This document shows positions 29,901 to 38,826 of a DNA stretch of 64,000 nt, one piece after another. A program made the translations under genes and the position numbers. The notes under the pieces were generated by a model, which worked only from the letters and a program-made list of their open reading frames with translations, was not told the DNA's origin and ran no database searches. The stretch is taken from positions 36,959 through 100,958 of the forward strand of contig JAADHV010000074.1 in NCBI GenBank assembly GCA_013151635.1, given 5' to 3'. Source of the DNA: Deltaproteobacteria bacterium. Lineage in GTDB: Bacteria > Desulfobacterota > Desulfobacteria > Desulfobacterales > Desulfobacteraceae. The first letter of the stretch is position 1, and each line of letters starts with the position of its first letter.

Positions 29901-31446
29901 TTTCACAGGTGGCAACGACGGGATGCTTCACGCTTTTAATGCCAAGACAGGTGATGAAATATTTGCTTATATTCCCCATATTGTTTTTGATCATTTAATA
30001 GATCTGACAGCAGTTGATTATAGTCATAAATTTTTTGTTGACGCCACTCCTTTTTCACGGACAATCACAATTAATTCAAACAAGAAAGTTCTTTTAACAG
30101 CAGGGCTTAAAAAGGGTGGCAAGGGATATTTCTGCCTTGATATCACCAAAATATTATATCAGGACAGCACCACATTTTCTGAAGACGAACTGGCAACCCC
30201 TGCCCACAATGACGGGATAGATGTCCTCTGGGAATATCCTCAGTTGACAACCGCGGGTACGGTCTTTGCGAGTGATGATGATTTGGGATACAGTTTCAGC
30301 GATATCTTTATTGTTGAGTCTTATAAAGCCGATAATGCCCCTAACAACCACGACTGGGTAGCAATTTTCGGGAACGGGTATGATTCCGTCAATGGCGGTG
30401 CGATTCTTTATATACTTAATGCTTACACAGGGGAACTCATTAGAAAAATTGATACCGGGGTTGCAGGAAACAATGGCCTGTCAACACCTGCCCTCATTGA
30501 CATTAACAATGATGGGAAAGTAGATTATGCCTATGCCGGAGATCTTTTGGGCAATATGTGGAAATTTGACCTGACAGCCACAGATCCTGCAAACTGGAAA
30601 GTTGCCTACACTGAGTCAGACGGCACCACCCCTGCCCCGCTTTTTTCATCTCCGAACCAGCCTATTACATCTGCACCGGATGTAATGAACCATTGCGCTG
30701 AAGATTACGGTTATATGGTTCTTTTTGGTACGGGTAAGTTCCTTGCTGAAACAGATAGAACAAATATTGATCAGCAGACAATTTATGGTATCTGGGACAC
30801 TGGATTTCCTGTCGGGCAATGGGACGAGTCTGCCCACACTTTATCAAAAATGACCGGGGCCACTCTTCTTGAGCAGACACAGGTTGATTTTCAATACCTC
30901 TTTAACCATTATCTCAGGACATTAAGTGATAATACAGCAGACTGGGTCAAACTTGATGTCAGCGGCGGTGTTACCTCAGGCACCCATATCGGATGGTATT
31001 TTGATCTGCCCATGGACAAGAATAATGATTCCATTCTGGACGGTGAACGGGTAATTAAAGATGTAATGATTCGTGACGGCCATCTTGTTGTCATAACATT
31101 TACTCCCAGTGACTCACCCTGTACAGGTGGCGGCACATCCATGGTTCATGAAATAGATGCCTGTGACGGCAGCCGTCTTGATTCACCCCAGTTTGATATT
31201 AATATGGATGGTGTAATTGATAAAAATGATATGGTTTCGATAACAGACCCCAATGATTCCACAAAAACGATCCTGGTGCCTCCAACCGGAAAAGGATATG
31301 ACGGTCTTTTACATCCGCCCATTATTATTACCATGCCGAACAAACAGGTTGAAATGAAAATTTTCAGCAGTTCGGCAGGGACAACAGAAAGGCTTTTTGA
31401 AAAAGCCGACGGCGGTTTCTATTATTGGAGGGAAATTAAAAACTAA
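26923..31446 (+). CDS. pilY1: PilY1-like pilus tip adhesin (1507 aa) with a split vWA domain, two inserted ~130-aa modules and a C-terminal PilY1 beta-propeller
   Basis: MIDAS motif FILDNSGSM (aa 53-61), NFANWYSYYRRRELAAK, GGTPL (aa 633-637), LMTDGY, then GDIVHSAPLLV and the Ca-site-like DINNDGKVDYAYAGDLLGNMWKFDL (nt 30499-). Confidence 0.9.
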   Translation: MTQKKSFINFIARWRFIILSLFVVLYSTRGFCIAISDDPMDTKVQAAPPNIMFILDNSGSMDWEFMTQESNGVFSNNEYLFPNPGDNNYTSGSYDDVLSDADRGLWKSQWSGYNKIFYNPLSKYTPWPATTTYSMNNAGLKTPYSNPIHTSTGDPSITLNGTYKTISVATPIIVDNLDGAPAFTTPSGTWSESMFENEWPYPGATHSSVYTSTIGGQAVFTPDIPTTGNYEVFAWWNCYTSRDSNAKITINHIGGPTTIFKNQKSSSVTKNESGVCGEWISLGIYNFDSDDTGNVTIERHAGSTGGTTVADAIKFVSTTTADTDITIKNAHYYTWYDKNSDGAVDNLEVYLVTWEDTDADGILDHRLYYQVDSPDDNKVESLELTPLAYNKDDQGSDGVPNDIQPKNYDEDGVNFTYKTDTEDLQNFANWYSYYRRRELAAKAAVSKSITDLDWVYAGFYTINSGVRQTVLPINVESNSIIIDNKDSGFTKSGSWSESSAQNYGQEYKDSSLYSYTGTAKWTPYLSAGTYNVYAWWGYAGSRTTQAQYTINHSGGTSTVTKDHDVLTDAFKWQLLGTYTFDSGSSGYVTVQNIGSSSKVASADAIKFEKTSGGVTVDETDTLLDLLYGINSNGGTPLRAALRDVGRYYDQDDGLTGNLGTSPFKDEASGGACQQTFTVLMTDGYYNGSDPGIGNEDGDNGAPYADTYSDTLADMAMKYYDTDLSATLPDNLPTNNYDDKKTQHMVTYSVSFGVTGTIDPTDMDNNGITDNPTYEDDPYFLNPATPKPTWPNPDSGDAQKIDDLWHSAVNGRGEFFSADDPEELVSSLNSVFENLASRIASGASVSVNGDELNTGSVMYQSTYTSGVWEGDVTAYPIDPVTGEIKTEASQILWHASEKLQSQDWDTGRRIVTYNGYDSILSFRYANLTDLQKTSLNSNPDVVDYLRGKEVTGFRSRQKKLGDIVHSAPLLVIGDSMDNDTDSLVDEDGEESGVIFTGGNDGMLHAFNAKTGDEIFAYIPHIVFDHLIDLTAVDYSHKFFVDATPFSRTITINSNKKVLLTAGLKKGGKGYFCLDITKILYQDSTTFSEDELATPAHNDGIDVLWEYPQLTTAGTVFASDDDLGYSFSDIFIVESYKADNAPNNHDWVAIFGNGYDSVNGGAILYILNAYTGELIRKIDTGVAGNNGLSTPALIDINNDGKVDYAYAGDLLGNMWKFDLTATDPANWKVAYTESDGTTPAPLFSSPNQPITSAPDVMNHCAEDYGYMVLFGTGKFLAETDRTNIDQQTIYGIWDTGFPVGQWDESAHTLSKMTGATLLEQTQVDFQYLFNHYLRTLSDNTADWVKLDVSGGVTSGTHIGWYFDLPMDKNNDSILDGERVIKDVMIRDGHLVVITFTPSDSPCTGGGTSMVHEIDACDGSRLDSPQFDINMDGVIDKNDMVSITDPNDSTKTILVPPTGKGYDGLLHPPIIITMPNKQVEMKIFSSSAGTTERLFEKADGGFYYWREIKN

Positions 31447-31465
31447 GATTTTACCGGAGAAAAAT

Positions 31466-31798
31466 ATGAAAAAAATATCCAGATGTTTTTTGTTTGGAAC
31501 GGTCGCCCTGGCTTTTTTACTCTTAATTTTTACAGCAATGGCTGCTGCTGAAGAGCCAATACACAAAGGGTACCCTTTTGTCTTTGACCAGACAGGCAGG
31601 CTTGACAGGATTTCCAATAAAGATCTGGTTGTCGATGATGTTTTATACAAGCTTTCGTCATCAACGACTTACCATGCTCCTGATACAATTTTTACAAAAT
31701 TTACTTCATTTAAAAAAGGCGATTTTTTAGGTATTATTTTAAAAGGCAAAAATACCAGGGAAGTCCTTTCCGTATGGCTTATAAAAAAGGCGGATTAA
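31466..31798 (+). CDS. Small secreted protein of unknown function (110 aa), last gene of the minor-pilin operon
   Basis: GGAGA RBS plus ATG 31466. Signal peptide ending AMAAA|EEP. It starts 19 nt after the pilY1 stop. Confidence 0.6.
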   Translation: MKKISRCFLFGTVALAFLLLIFTAMAAAEEPIHKGYPFVFDQTGRLDRISNKDLVVDDVLYKLSSSTTYHAPDTIFTKFTSFKKGDFLGIILKGKNTREVLSVWLIKKAD

Positions 31799-31806
31799 TT
31801 GATCAG

Positions 31807-33204
31807 TCAACCTGAATAATCTGTTTTATCAAGGCGGTAGCGCATGGATCTTAAGCTTAAGTTCAAATAATCCGCCGCCTTGCTTTTATTGCCACCGGCA
31901 ATCTCCATGGCTTTTTTAAGATAGGCCCTCTCAATGGTTGACAGGACTTCATCAAGGTCAACACCCTGCTCAACGTCATCAAGGTCGAATCTCTGGCCCC
32001 TGATGCCTTCAATCCATCTTCTTTTCTTATGCATGGAAATAGTAAGGCTCTCGGGCAGTATAATATTGGTGGATGAAAGGGCCACGCTTCGTTCGATCAA
32101 GTTTTCAAGCTCTCTTACATTGCCGGGAAAACTATACTTATTTAAAAAATCAATGGCATAGGAAGAAAGCTTTACAATATCTTTTCCCATTTTCTCGGAA
32201 TACTTTTCAGCAAAATGCTTGGATAAAAGCTCTACATCGCCTTTCCTGTCCCTTAATGGCGGGACCTTGATAGGGATAACGTTTAGGCGGAAAAAAAGAT
32301 CTTCCCTGAAATTTCCTTCAATGACTTCCTGTTCAAGTTTTTTATTGGTGGCGGAAATAATCCTGACATCCACATTAATTTCTTTTGTCCCCCCCACGGG
32401 TTTAAAAGAAGTCTCCTGTACGGCCCGCAAAAGCTTGACCTGCAAAATAGGAGAAAGCTCACCTATCTCATCTAAAAAAATTGTCCCGTGATTGGCAGCT
32501 TCAAAAAGCCCTTTCTTGTCATTGACAGCTCCTGTAAAAGAGCCTTTGACATGACCGAAAAATTCACTTTCTATTAAACTATCCGGAATGCCACCGCAAT
32601 TTACAACCACAAAGGGATTTTTCATCCGGTCTGAATTTTCATGGATGGCTCTTGCAATCAATTCTTTTCCGGTTCCGCTTTCGCCGGTAATCAAAACATT
32701 GGTTTTTGTGGGACCAATCTGCTCCACCCTTTTATAAATGGCCAGCATCCCAGGGCTTCTTCCGATGATCCTGTTAAAATGGATACTGTCCCGCAGCTCT
32801 GATGAAGTTGTCTCTCTTTCCTGGTCAAGGGTTTTCAGTTCAAGAGCCCGTTGGATGGTCTGTTTTAATTCAATATTGTCAAAGGGTTTAGGTACAAAAT
32901 CATAGGCACCCTCGTTCATGGCCTCGACTGCTATTTCTGTTGTGGAATAAGCAGATATCATGACGACAATAGTATCATGATTCTGTTTTTTAGCCTCTTT
33001 TAAGACTTCCAGGCCTGTAATATCGCCCAGCCTGATATCAGACAGGATCAGATCATAATCATTTTTTTGAATCATCTTTACTGCAAGTTTACCGTTTTTG
33101 GCTTTTGACACCTTATATCCTTCTTTGGATAATAAAACATCAAGAAACTCACGCATGCTTGTTTCATCATCGACCACAAGAATACTATGTATTTGATTCA
33201 TCAT
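31807..33204 (-). CDS. Sigma-54-dependent response regulator (NtrC/PilR-type enhancer-binding protein)
   Basis: REC domain (LVVDDE...LILSDIRL), AAA+ domain with GESGTGKE and GSFTGA (a GAFTGA variant), and a Fis-type HTH (KSKAADYLNLSLRSMRYRL). Confidence 0.92.
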   Translation of the reverse strand: MMNQIHSILVVDDETSMREFLDVLLSKEGYKVSKAKNGKLAVKMIQKNDYDLILSDIRLGDITGLEVLKEAKKQNHDTIVVMISAYSTTEIAVEAMNEGAYDFVPKPFDNIELKQTIQRALELKTLDQERETTSSELRDSIHFNRIIGRSPGMLAIYKRVEQIGPTKTNVLITGESGTGKELIARAIHENSDRMKNPFVVVNCGGIPDSLIESEFFGHVKGSFTGAVNDKKGLFEAANHGTIFLDEIGELSPILQVKLLRAVQETSFKPVGGTKEINVDVRIISATNKKLEQEVIEGNFREDLFFRLNVIPIKVPPLRDRKGDVELLSKHFAEKYSEKMGKDIVKLSSYAIDFLNKYSFPGNVRELENLIERSVALSSTNIILPESLTISMHKKRRWIEGIRGQRFDLDDVEQGVDLDEVLSTIERAYLKKAMEIAGGNKSKAADYLNLSLRSMRYRLDKTDYSG

Positions 33205-33254
33205 TACAATCTCTTAAATTGTTATGGTTGGCCTCCCTGTTCCCGAAGGGTCTA

Positions 33255-34529
33255 TTACCGCGAATACACGACTTTCCCGTTTACCATTGTTAAAAACGTA
33301 TTGCCCCTGGCCTTAAACCCTCCAAAAGGTGTATTTATACTTTTTGATTTAAATGTTTCTGGATTTATTTCAAAACTTTCATCAAGGTCAATAATGGTTA
33401 AATCTGCAATATTTCCTGGATTAATATCATTTTTTATGCCGATAAGTTTTCCAGGGTTCTTTGCCATTTTATTTACAAGGTCCTGCATTGATAAAAAACC
33501 GTCCCGGACAAGTTTTAATGACAGGGGCAATGACGTTTCCAGCCCGACAATTCCAAAAGCCGCCCTGTCAAATTCCACGTCTTTTTCTATCTTGCTGTGG
33601 GGTGCATGATCAGATGCAATCAAATCAATTGTACCATCAATAAGCCCTTGTATTACAGCTTTTTTATCTTCCTTGGAACGTAGAGGCGGGTTCATTTTAA
33701 AATTTGTATTATAGTCTTTTGCATCTTCATCTGTCAGGGTGAAATAGTGAGGTGCTGTTTCACAGGTTATGTTTACGCCTCTTTTTTTTGCCTGGCGTAT
33801 GGCTTCCACTGATTCTTTTGTACTGATATGACAAAAATGAACCTGTGCCCCTGTAAGTTCTGAAAGCAGGATGTCCCGTACGACCATAATGGTCTCAGCT
33901 GCATTTGGAATGCCTTTTATTCCGAGAAGTGTAGCAGGAGGGCCTTCGTTCATGGAGCCTCCATCCGCAAGGCTCATGTCTTCAGCATGTACCAGGATCG
34001 GAATATTAAGGCCCTTGCAATATTCAAGTGCCCGCCGCATAAGGTTTGAATTTTCAAGTGGTTTCCCATCATCGGTACAAGCCACAATGCCGGCCTTTTT
34101 CATGTCATATATTTCAGCAAGGGTTCTCCCTGCTGAGCCTTGAGTTATGGCCCCTGCCGGATATACTCTTGAAAGTCCAAGCTCATTGGCCCGGTTGATA
34201 ATAAACTTTGTCACCTGGCTGTTATCGTTTACAGGATTTGTATTGGGCATAGAGCATATTGCAGTAAACCCACCTCTGGCTGCAGCTTTAAGCCCGGTTT
34301 CAATGGTCTCTTTATATTCGTGGCCGGGCTCTCTTAAATGAACATGGATATCAATCAAGCCTGGAACAACTATCATGCCTTTTGCATCAATGGTTTCAAC
34401 ATCTATTGAACTTTTATTATCTTCCGGATCAACAATGGCTTCAATTAAATGATTTTTAATGATTATATCTTTTTTATCATCAAAATTTCCAGGGTCTATA
34501 ACCCTTGCCCCTTTAATCCGAATCCGCAT
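33255..34529 (-). CDS. pyrC: Dihydroorotase
   Basis: GLIDIHVHLREPG and DHAPH motifs. ATG 34529 is preceded by GGAGGT. The longer ORF to 34577 is less likely. Confidence 0.93.
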   Translation of the reverse strand: MRIRIKGARVIDPGNFDDKKDIIIKNHLIEAIVDPEDNKSSIDVETIDAKGMIVVPGLIDIHVHLREPGHEYKETIETGLKAAARGGFTAICSMPNTNPVNDNSQVTKFIINRANELGLSRVYPAGAITQGSAGRTLAEIYDMKKAGIVACTDDGKPLENSNLMRRALEYCKGLNIPILVHAEDMSLADGGSMNEGPPATLLGIKGIPNAAETIMVVRDILLSELTGAQVHFCHISTKESVEAIRQAKKRGVNITCETAPHYFTLTDEDAKDYNTNFKMNPPLRSKEDKKAVIQGLIDGTIDLIASDHAPHSKIEKDVEFDRAAFGIVGLETSLPLSLKLVRDGFLSMQDLVNKMAKNPGKLIGIKNDINPGNIADLTIIDLDESFEINPETFKSKSINTPFGGFKARGNTFLTMVNGKVVYSR

Positions 34530-35451
34530 GCCTGCTACCTCCTGCAACAAGATAAAATAATGCCATCCGCAAAGCAACGCCGTTAGTGACCTGTTCTAAA
34601 ATAATTGAATTCTCAGAGTCTGCCACATCGTTTGATATTTCGACTCCCCTGTTCATGGGCCCTGGATGCATTATAACGACATCTTTTTTAGCAAGGCCAA
34701 GTCTTGCTTTGTTCAGCCCGAAAAGATCGGCATATTCCCTTTCCGTCGGGAAAAGTATGTTTCCCTGCCTTTCTTTCTGAATCCTGAGCATCATGATGAC
34801 ATCCGCCCCTTCGATACAGGTTTCAATACTGGGGGATATTCTGCATCCCAAATTTTCTATTCCCATGGGGATCATGGTTGGAGGCGCACAAATGGAAACA
34901 CTGGCCCCCATTTTAGAAAACCCTGTGATATCGGACCTTGCAACTCTTGAATGGGCAATATCACCAATAATAGAAATATTCAGTCCTTTAATTTTTCCTT
35001 TTTTTTCCCTGATGCTCATCATATCCAAAAGCGCCTGGGACGGGTGTGCGTGTATTCCGTCCCCTGCGTTGATCACAGAAGAACTGACACGCCTGGCAAT
35101 TAAATGAGGGGCTCCCGAAGATGAATGCCGCAAGACAATCACATCCGGGTTCATTGCTTCAAGATTCTTGGCTGTATCAATCAGGGTTTCTCCTTTAACA
35201 ATACTTGAAGAACTCTTTGAAAGAGAAATACTGTCTGCTGAAAGCCTTTTTGCTGCCGTGTCAAAGGAAAGCTTTGTCCTTGTAGAAGGCTCCTGAAAAA
35301 AAAGAACAATGGTTTTACCCCTTAATGTGGGAACTTTTTTTACAGGGCGTTCTGAAATTTCTTTCATTCCCTGGGCTGTATCAAGGATCAGCGAAATTTC
35401 ATGAGCTTCAAGAGATTTGATATCAAGGATATCTTTTTTTCCAAACCGCAT
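34513..35451 (-). CDS. pyrB: Aspartate carbamoyltransferase catalytic subunit
   Basis: EPSTRTKLSF, HPSQALLD and MHPGPMNRGVEI. Confidence 0.95.
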   Translation of the reverse strand: MRFGKKDILDIKSLEAHEISLILDTAQGMKEISERPVKKVPTLRGKTIVLFFQEPSTRTKLSFDTAAKRLSADSISLSKSSSSIVKGETLIDTAKNLEAMNPDVIVLRHSSSGAPHLIARRVSSSVINAGDGIHAHPSQALLDMMSIREKKGKIKGLNISIIGDIAHSRVARSDITGFSKMGASVSICAPPTMIPMGIENLGCRISPSIETCIEGADVIMMLRIQKERQGNILFPTEREYADLFGLNKARLGLAKKDVVIMHPGPMNRGVEISNDVADSENSIILEQVTNGVALRMALFYLVAGGSRHADSD

Positions 35452-35461
35452 TGTTGCTGCC

Positions 35462-36100
35462 TTATTTGATTAAGTGGCCAAGTCTGTTCCACCTGACTCC
35501 AAACTTGTTTTTATTCCATGACCAGTAAATAATAATCGCCTTTCCCCTGACCGCCGTAAGATCAACAAACCCCCAGAACCTTGAGTCATAACTATTGTCC
35601 CTGTTATCACCCATTACAAATATTTTATTTTCAGGGATAGTGATCTTTTGTAAATTATCCCTTCTTGCTTTATTAGGATCCGGGTAATATGGCGGATATA
35701 TTGTGCTGTCGCCATAAACGGCATATGGTTTGCCGTCAACCAGTTTGCCATTTACGTAGATTTTCTTTTCACGGATTTCCAAAGTATCGCCCCCTGTGGC
35801 AATAACCCTTTTGATAAAGTCCTTGGAAGGGTCTTCAGGGAACTTGAATACAACAATATCTCCCTTTTTGGGATTTTCCACCTGGATCAGGGTCTTTCCG
35901 TCGGTAAATGGAATTTTAACTCCATAAATAAATTTATTAACAAGAATCTGATCTCCGATTTGAAGGGTTTGAAGCATGGAACCGGAAGGTATCTTGAATG
36001 CCTGGATAATAAAAGTTCTAATAAACATAGCAATAATAATTGCTATTACAATGGCCTCGATATTTTCCCGCAAAGCACTCTTTTTTTTCTTTTCTGCCAT
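35462..36100 (-). CDS. lepB: Signal peptidase I
   Basis: IPSGSMLQTL (catalytic Ser), KRVIATGGD, and GDNRDNSYDSRFWG. Confidence 0.95.
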   Translation of the reverse strand: MAEKKKKSALRENIEAIVIAIIIAMFIRTFIIQAFKIPSGSMLQTLQIGDQILVNKFIYGVKIPFTDGKTLIQVENPKKGDIVVFKFPEDPSKDFIKRVIATGGDTLEIREKKIYVNGKLVDGKPYAVYGDSTIYPPYYPDPNKARRDNLQKITIPENKIFVMGDNRDNSYDSRFWGFVDLTAVRGKAIIIYWSWNKNKFGVRWNRLGHLIK

Positions 36101-36121
36101 TTTATATCCTTGTCGCTTAAT

Positions 36122-37285
36122 CTAAAAGAACATGTGCTGAGGTTGAGTTAAAAAGAACTTTGCCTTCAGTATTGATTTTTTTAAGATATCTGCTATTTTT
36201 CGTGCCTTTACCATGCTGGATAAAGGCACTGTTGGAATTTTTTTACCTTTGATCATGATCGAACCGCTTTTCAATTCTGCATAACTGACCTGGCCATAAG
36301 ATCTTGAAATACCCTCGGGATAATCATGCCCGTAATCAATAATCTGCGTGAACAGGTCTTTATCTGAAACAGATGTGAATTTTAAAATTTCCTCATTTAA
36401 AATTGGGATCGGAATACCAAAACCAACGGACAGCGAACATCCGTAGCCCCGGATACTTTGCCCGACAAGCCACTCGGGGGACATTTCCTTTAAATCACCG
36501 ATAACGGAAAGTGTCCCTGCCGGTGCAAGCGGCACACCGTTCAATCCCCTTTCCACATCTTTCTTGTGCTGGGTACCGGTCCAGGTCACATACCCTTGCG
36601 CCCCGCCTAAAAAAATCCTGGTACCCACACCAATGGTTTTTAAATACGGGTCATTGAGCAGGGGGCTTAGCTCACCTGAAGTTGAATAATTGGCATTCCC
36701 CACGTCTGATTTTAATGTACCCATATAGGTATATTTAATTTTATCGGATTTATTTATCGCACAATTATAATTTTGATATGCATTCCTTGGGTTGCACAGC
36801 ATGGCATTGGGCAGGTCTTTTAATGTAACAATCTTTTCAATTTCCCTGTTGGGATAACAGTCTGTGCCATAACTTGTGGCTCTTATATGAACTTGTTTTC
36901 CCGCAACCAGATCCTGGATCACATGACCGCCGCCATAATTAAATTCACCTGGATGGCGCTTGTTTAAAGGGTCATCTTCACATGTCTGGGTTGCACCAAG
37001 ATAACAATCCACCGCAGCTATGCCGGAATATGCCAGAACATTGTTAAACCAGGTCTTTGTTGTCCTGACAAGCGGTTTGGATTGGCCGATATTGATAAAC
37101 ACCCCGGAAGAACACATGGGTGCAAATGTTCCTGTAGTCACCACATCAATTTTTTTTGCAGCTTCAACAATGCCCTCTTTTTCTGCAATATCGACAATTT
37201 CTTCTGCTGTAACAACTACAGCTTCACCATCAGCAATTTTCTTATTTATCTGTTCTATTGTTTTATTAACTTTGAAACCACTCAT
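36122..37285 (-). CDS. COG1900/DUF39 homocysteine biosynthesis protein (L-aspartate-semialdehyde sulfurtransferase-like)
   Basis: KTIEQINKKIADGEAVVVTAEE...DVVTTGTFAPMCSSG is the characteristic DUF39 N-terminus. 387 aa with no CBS domains. Confidence 0.75.
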   Translation of the reverse strand: MSGFKVNKTIEQINKKIADGEAVVVTAEEIVDIAEKEGIVEAAKKIDVVTTGTFAPMCSSGVFINIGQSKPLVRTTKTWFNNVLAYSGIAAVDCYLGATQTCEDDPLNKRHPGEFNYGGGHVIQDLVAGKQVHIRATSYGTDCYPNREIEKIVTLKDLPNAMLCNPRNAYQNYNCAINKSDKIKYTYMGTLKSDVGNANYSTSGELSPLLNDPYLKTIGVGTRIFLGGAQGYVTWTGTQHKKDVERGLNGVPLAPAGTLSVIGDLKEMSPEWLVGQSIRGYGCSLSVGFGIPIPILNEEILKFTSVSDKDLFTQIIDYGHDYPEGISRSYGQVSYAELKSGSIMIKGKKIPTVPLSSMVKARKIADILKKSILKAKFFLTQPQHMFF

Positions 37286-37307
37286 AATAAACCTTTGATA
37301 TCAAAAA

Positions 37308-38687
37308 TTAAGGCATTTTCTTAACCAAATCAATTTTTGATGTAATATTATTTTTAATCCATGAATCATCCCACCATTCCACTGGATTTACAAAAACATT
37401 ATGAACAATCATTGAAAAATGCAGGTGATCCCCGCCTGCAAGGCCTGTCATGCCAGTTATGCCAATACCGTCACCTTTTTTTACAATGTCTCCTTTGTTG
37501 ACCAGGATCTGGTTTAAATGGGCATAAAGGCTGCAAAGACCGAATCCATGGTCAATTATCACTGTATTGCCAAATATGCCCTCAAATTGTGCAAAAATCA
37601 CCTTGCCCGAATTTGCAGCTTTCACAGAAGCATTTGATGTTGAAGCAAGATCAATTCCCATGTGAACTGCCCTGTCAATCTCTTTGCCTTTATATTTATA
37701 AATTCGCCTGTCGGCAAATCCTGATCTCCTTGCAGAACCTTTAAGCCTCATGAACCTGCCTTGCCAGTACATTTTATTTTCAGTAATTTCAGGAATGCTT
37801 AATACGGTTTCAACATTATCCTTTCTGAACTCGCTATTAATATATAAAAACTTTTCAAGCAGGGGATTTTCTGCATCCTTAAAAGAACCGTTTTTAGCGC
37901 CAATATCAAAATCAGGCATTTTCCGTTTTAAAAAGCGATCGGAAATATTTAAAATATCTGTTTTAAAATTTTTATCTCTTATATAGTGATGGAATCCTCT
38001 TTTTGTAATATTTCCTGCCATATCTTCAGCAATTACGGATATCTGGGTACCGGGGCCCTGCATGTCGCTTAAAGCGAAAAATGCCGCATAAATATCTTTA
38101 TTTTTAAAAAGGCCTGAATAGCCTGGAAAAAAGTTGTCCCCTACTTTGACACCGGTTTTTATATTTTTCTCAAAAAGTTTATAAATCACAAGGGCAGTGC
38201 CGCCCCGTTCGATATTATGCCGTTTGGTTAAAATACTGACCTTTGGTGGTTTGGAATCAATTATCACTTTTTTTTCAATATATGCAATATTGCCCTTGTT
38301 CCATCCTCTCCATGAATAATCAGATACCATTACCCTGATAATTGCGTCGCCGTCAGTCATCCCGTATTTCCAGAATTGAACGGGAATGATAAAAGAATCT
38401 TTCAGCTCCTTTGAGTCTGGAAATATTGCTAAAAAGCCCGGGGGGTTATATTTCTTTTCAAGCAGGATCTTTTCTTTTCCCTGTTGCATTATCGACACTA
38501 TAATTTTACGAAGGCCTGTTTTACGGTCTGATACATCAAGGGACATTTCATAGGATTTTTTTAAATATAAAGAAGGCAGTTTGACATCAACAACAGGTTT
38601 TTTGCCTTCAAACTTATAGACAAGCACCCATGCAACCGGAATTAAAACCGCAAAAATCAGAACTAAAAAGAAAATTCTTTTCATCAA
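37308..38687 (-). CDS. M23 (LytM-domain) metallopeptidase, membrane-anchored
   Basis: N-terminal TM segment. C-terminal HMGIDLA...GNTVIIDHGFGLCSLYAHL...GGDHLHFS. Confidence 0.9.
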   Translation of the reverse strand: MMKRIFFLVLIFAVLIPVAWVLVYKFEGKKPVVDVKLPSLYLKKSYEMSLDVSDRKTGLRKIIVSIMQQGKEKILLEKKYNPPGFLAIFPDSKELKDSFIIPVQFWKYGMTDGDAIIRVMVSDYSWRGWNKGNIAYIEKKVIIDSKPPKVSILTKRHNIERGGTALVIYKLFEKNIKTGVKVGDNFFPGYSGLFKNKDIYAAFFALSDMQGPGTQISVIAEDMAGNITKRGFHHYIRDKNFKTDILNISDRFLKRKMPDFDIGAKNGSFKDAENPLLEKFLYINSEFRKDNVETVLSIPEITENKMYWQGRFMRLKGSARRSGFADRRIYKYKGKEIDRAVHMGIDLASTSNASVKAANSGKVIFAQFEGIFGNTVIIDHGFGLCSLYAHLNQILVNKGDIVKKGDGIGITGMTGLAGGDHLHFSMIVHNVFVNPVEWWDDSWIKNNITSKIDLVKKMP

Positions 38688-38826
38688 TAATACCTATCTT
38701 TTCAGGATGTTAGTATATGCCATATCAAAATTACAGTAAAATAGCAGCTATGGTCGAACTTATCAAGCAATTTTCCATTCTTGACTTTTAGTATTCCAAA
38801 ATATAATTTGGCCTCAAAAACATTTA

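Noticed and set aside
31397-31465. Longer version of the small ORF, starting inside pilY1
   Set aside because: The upstream 23 codons overlap the pilY1 3' end and lack an RBS. ATG 31466 has a GGAGA RBS and starts a canonical signal peptide.
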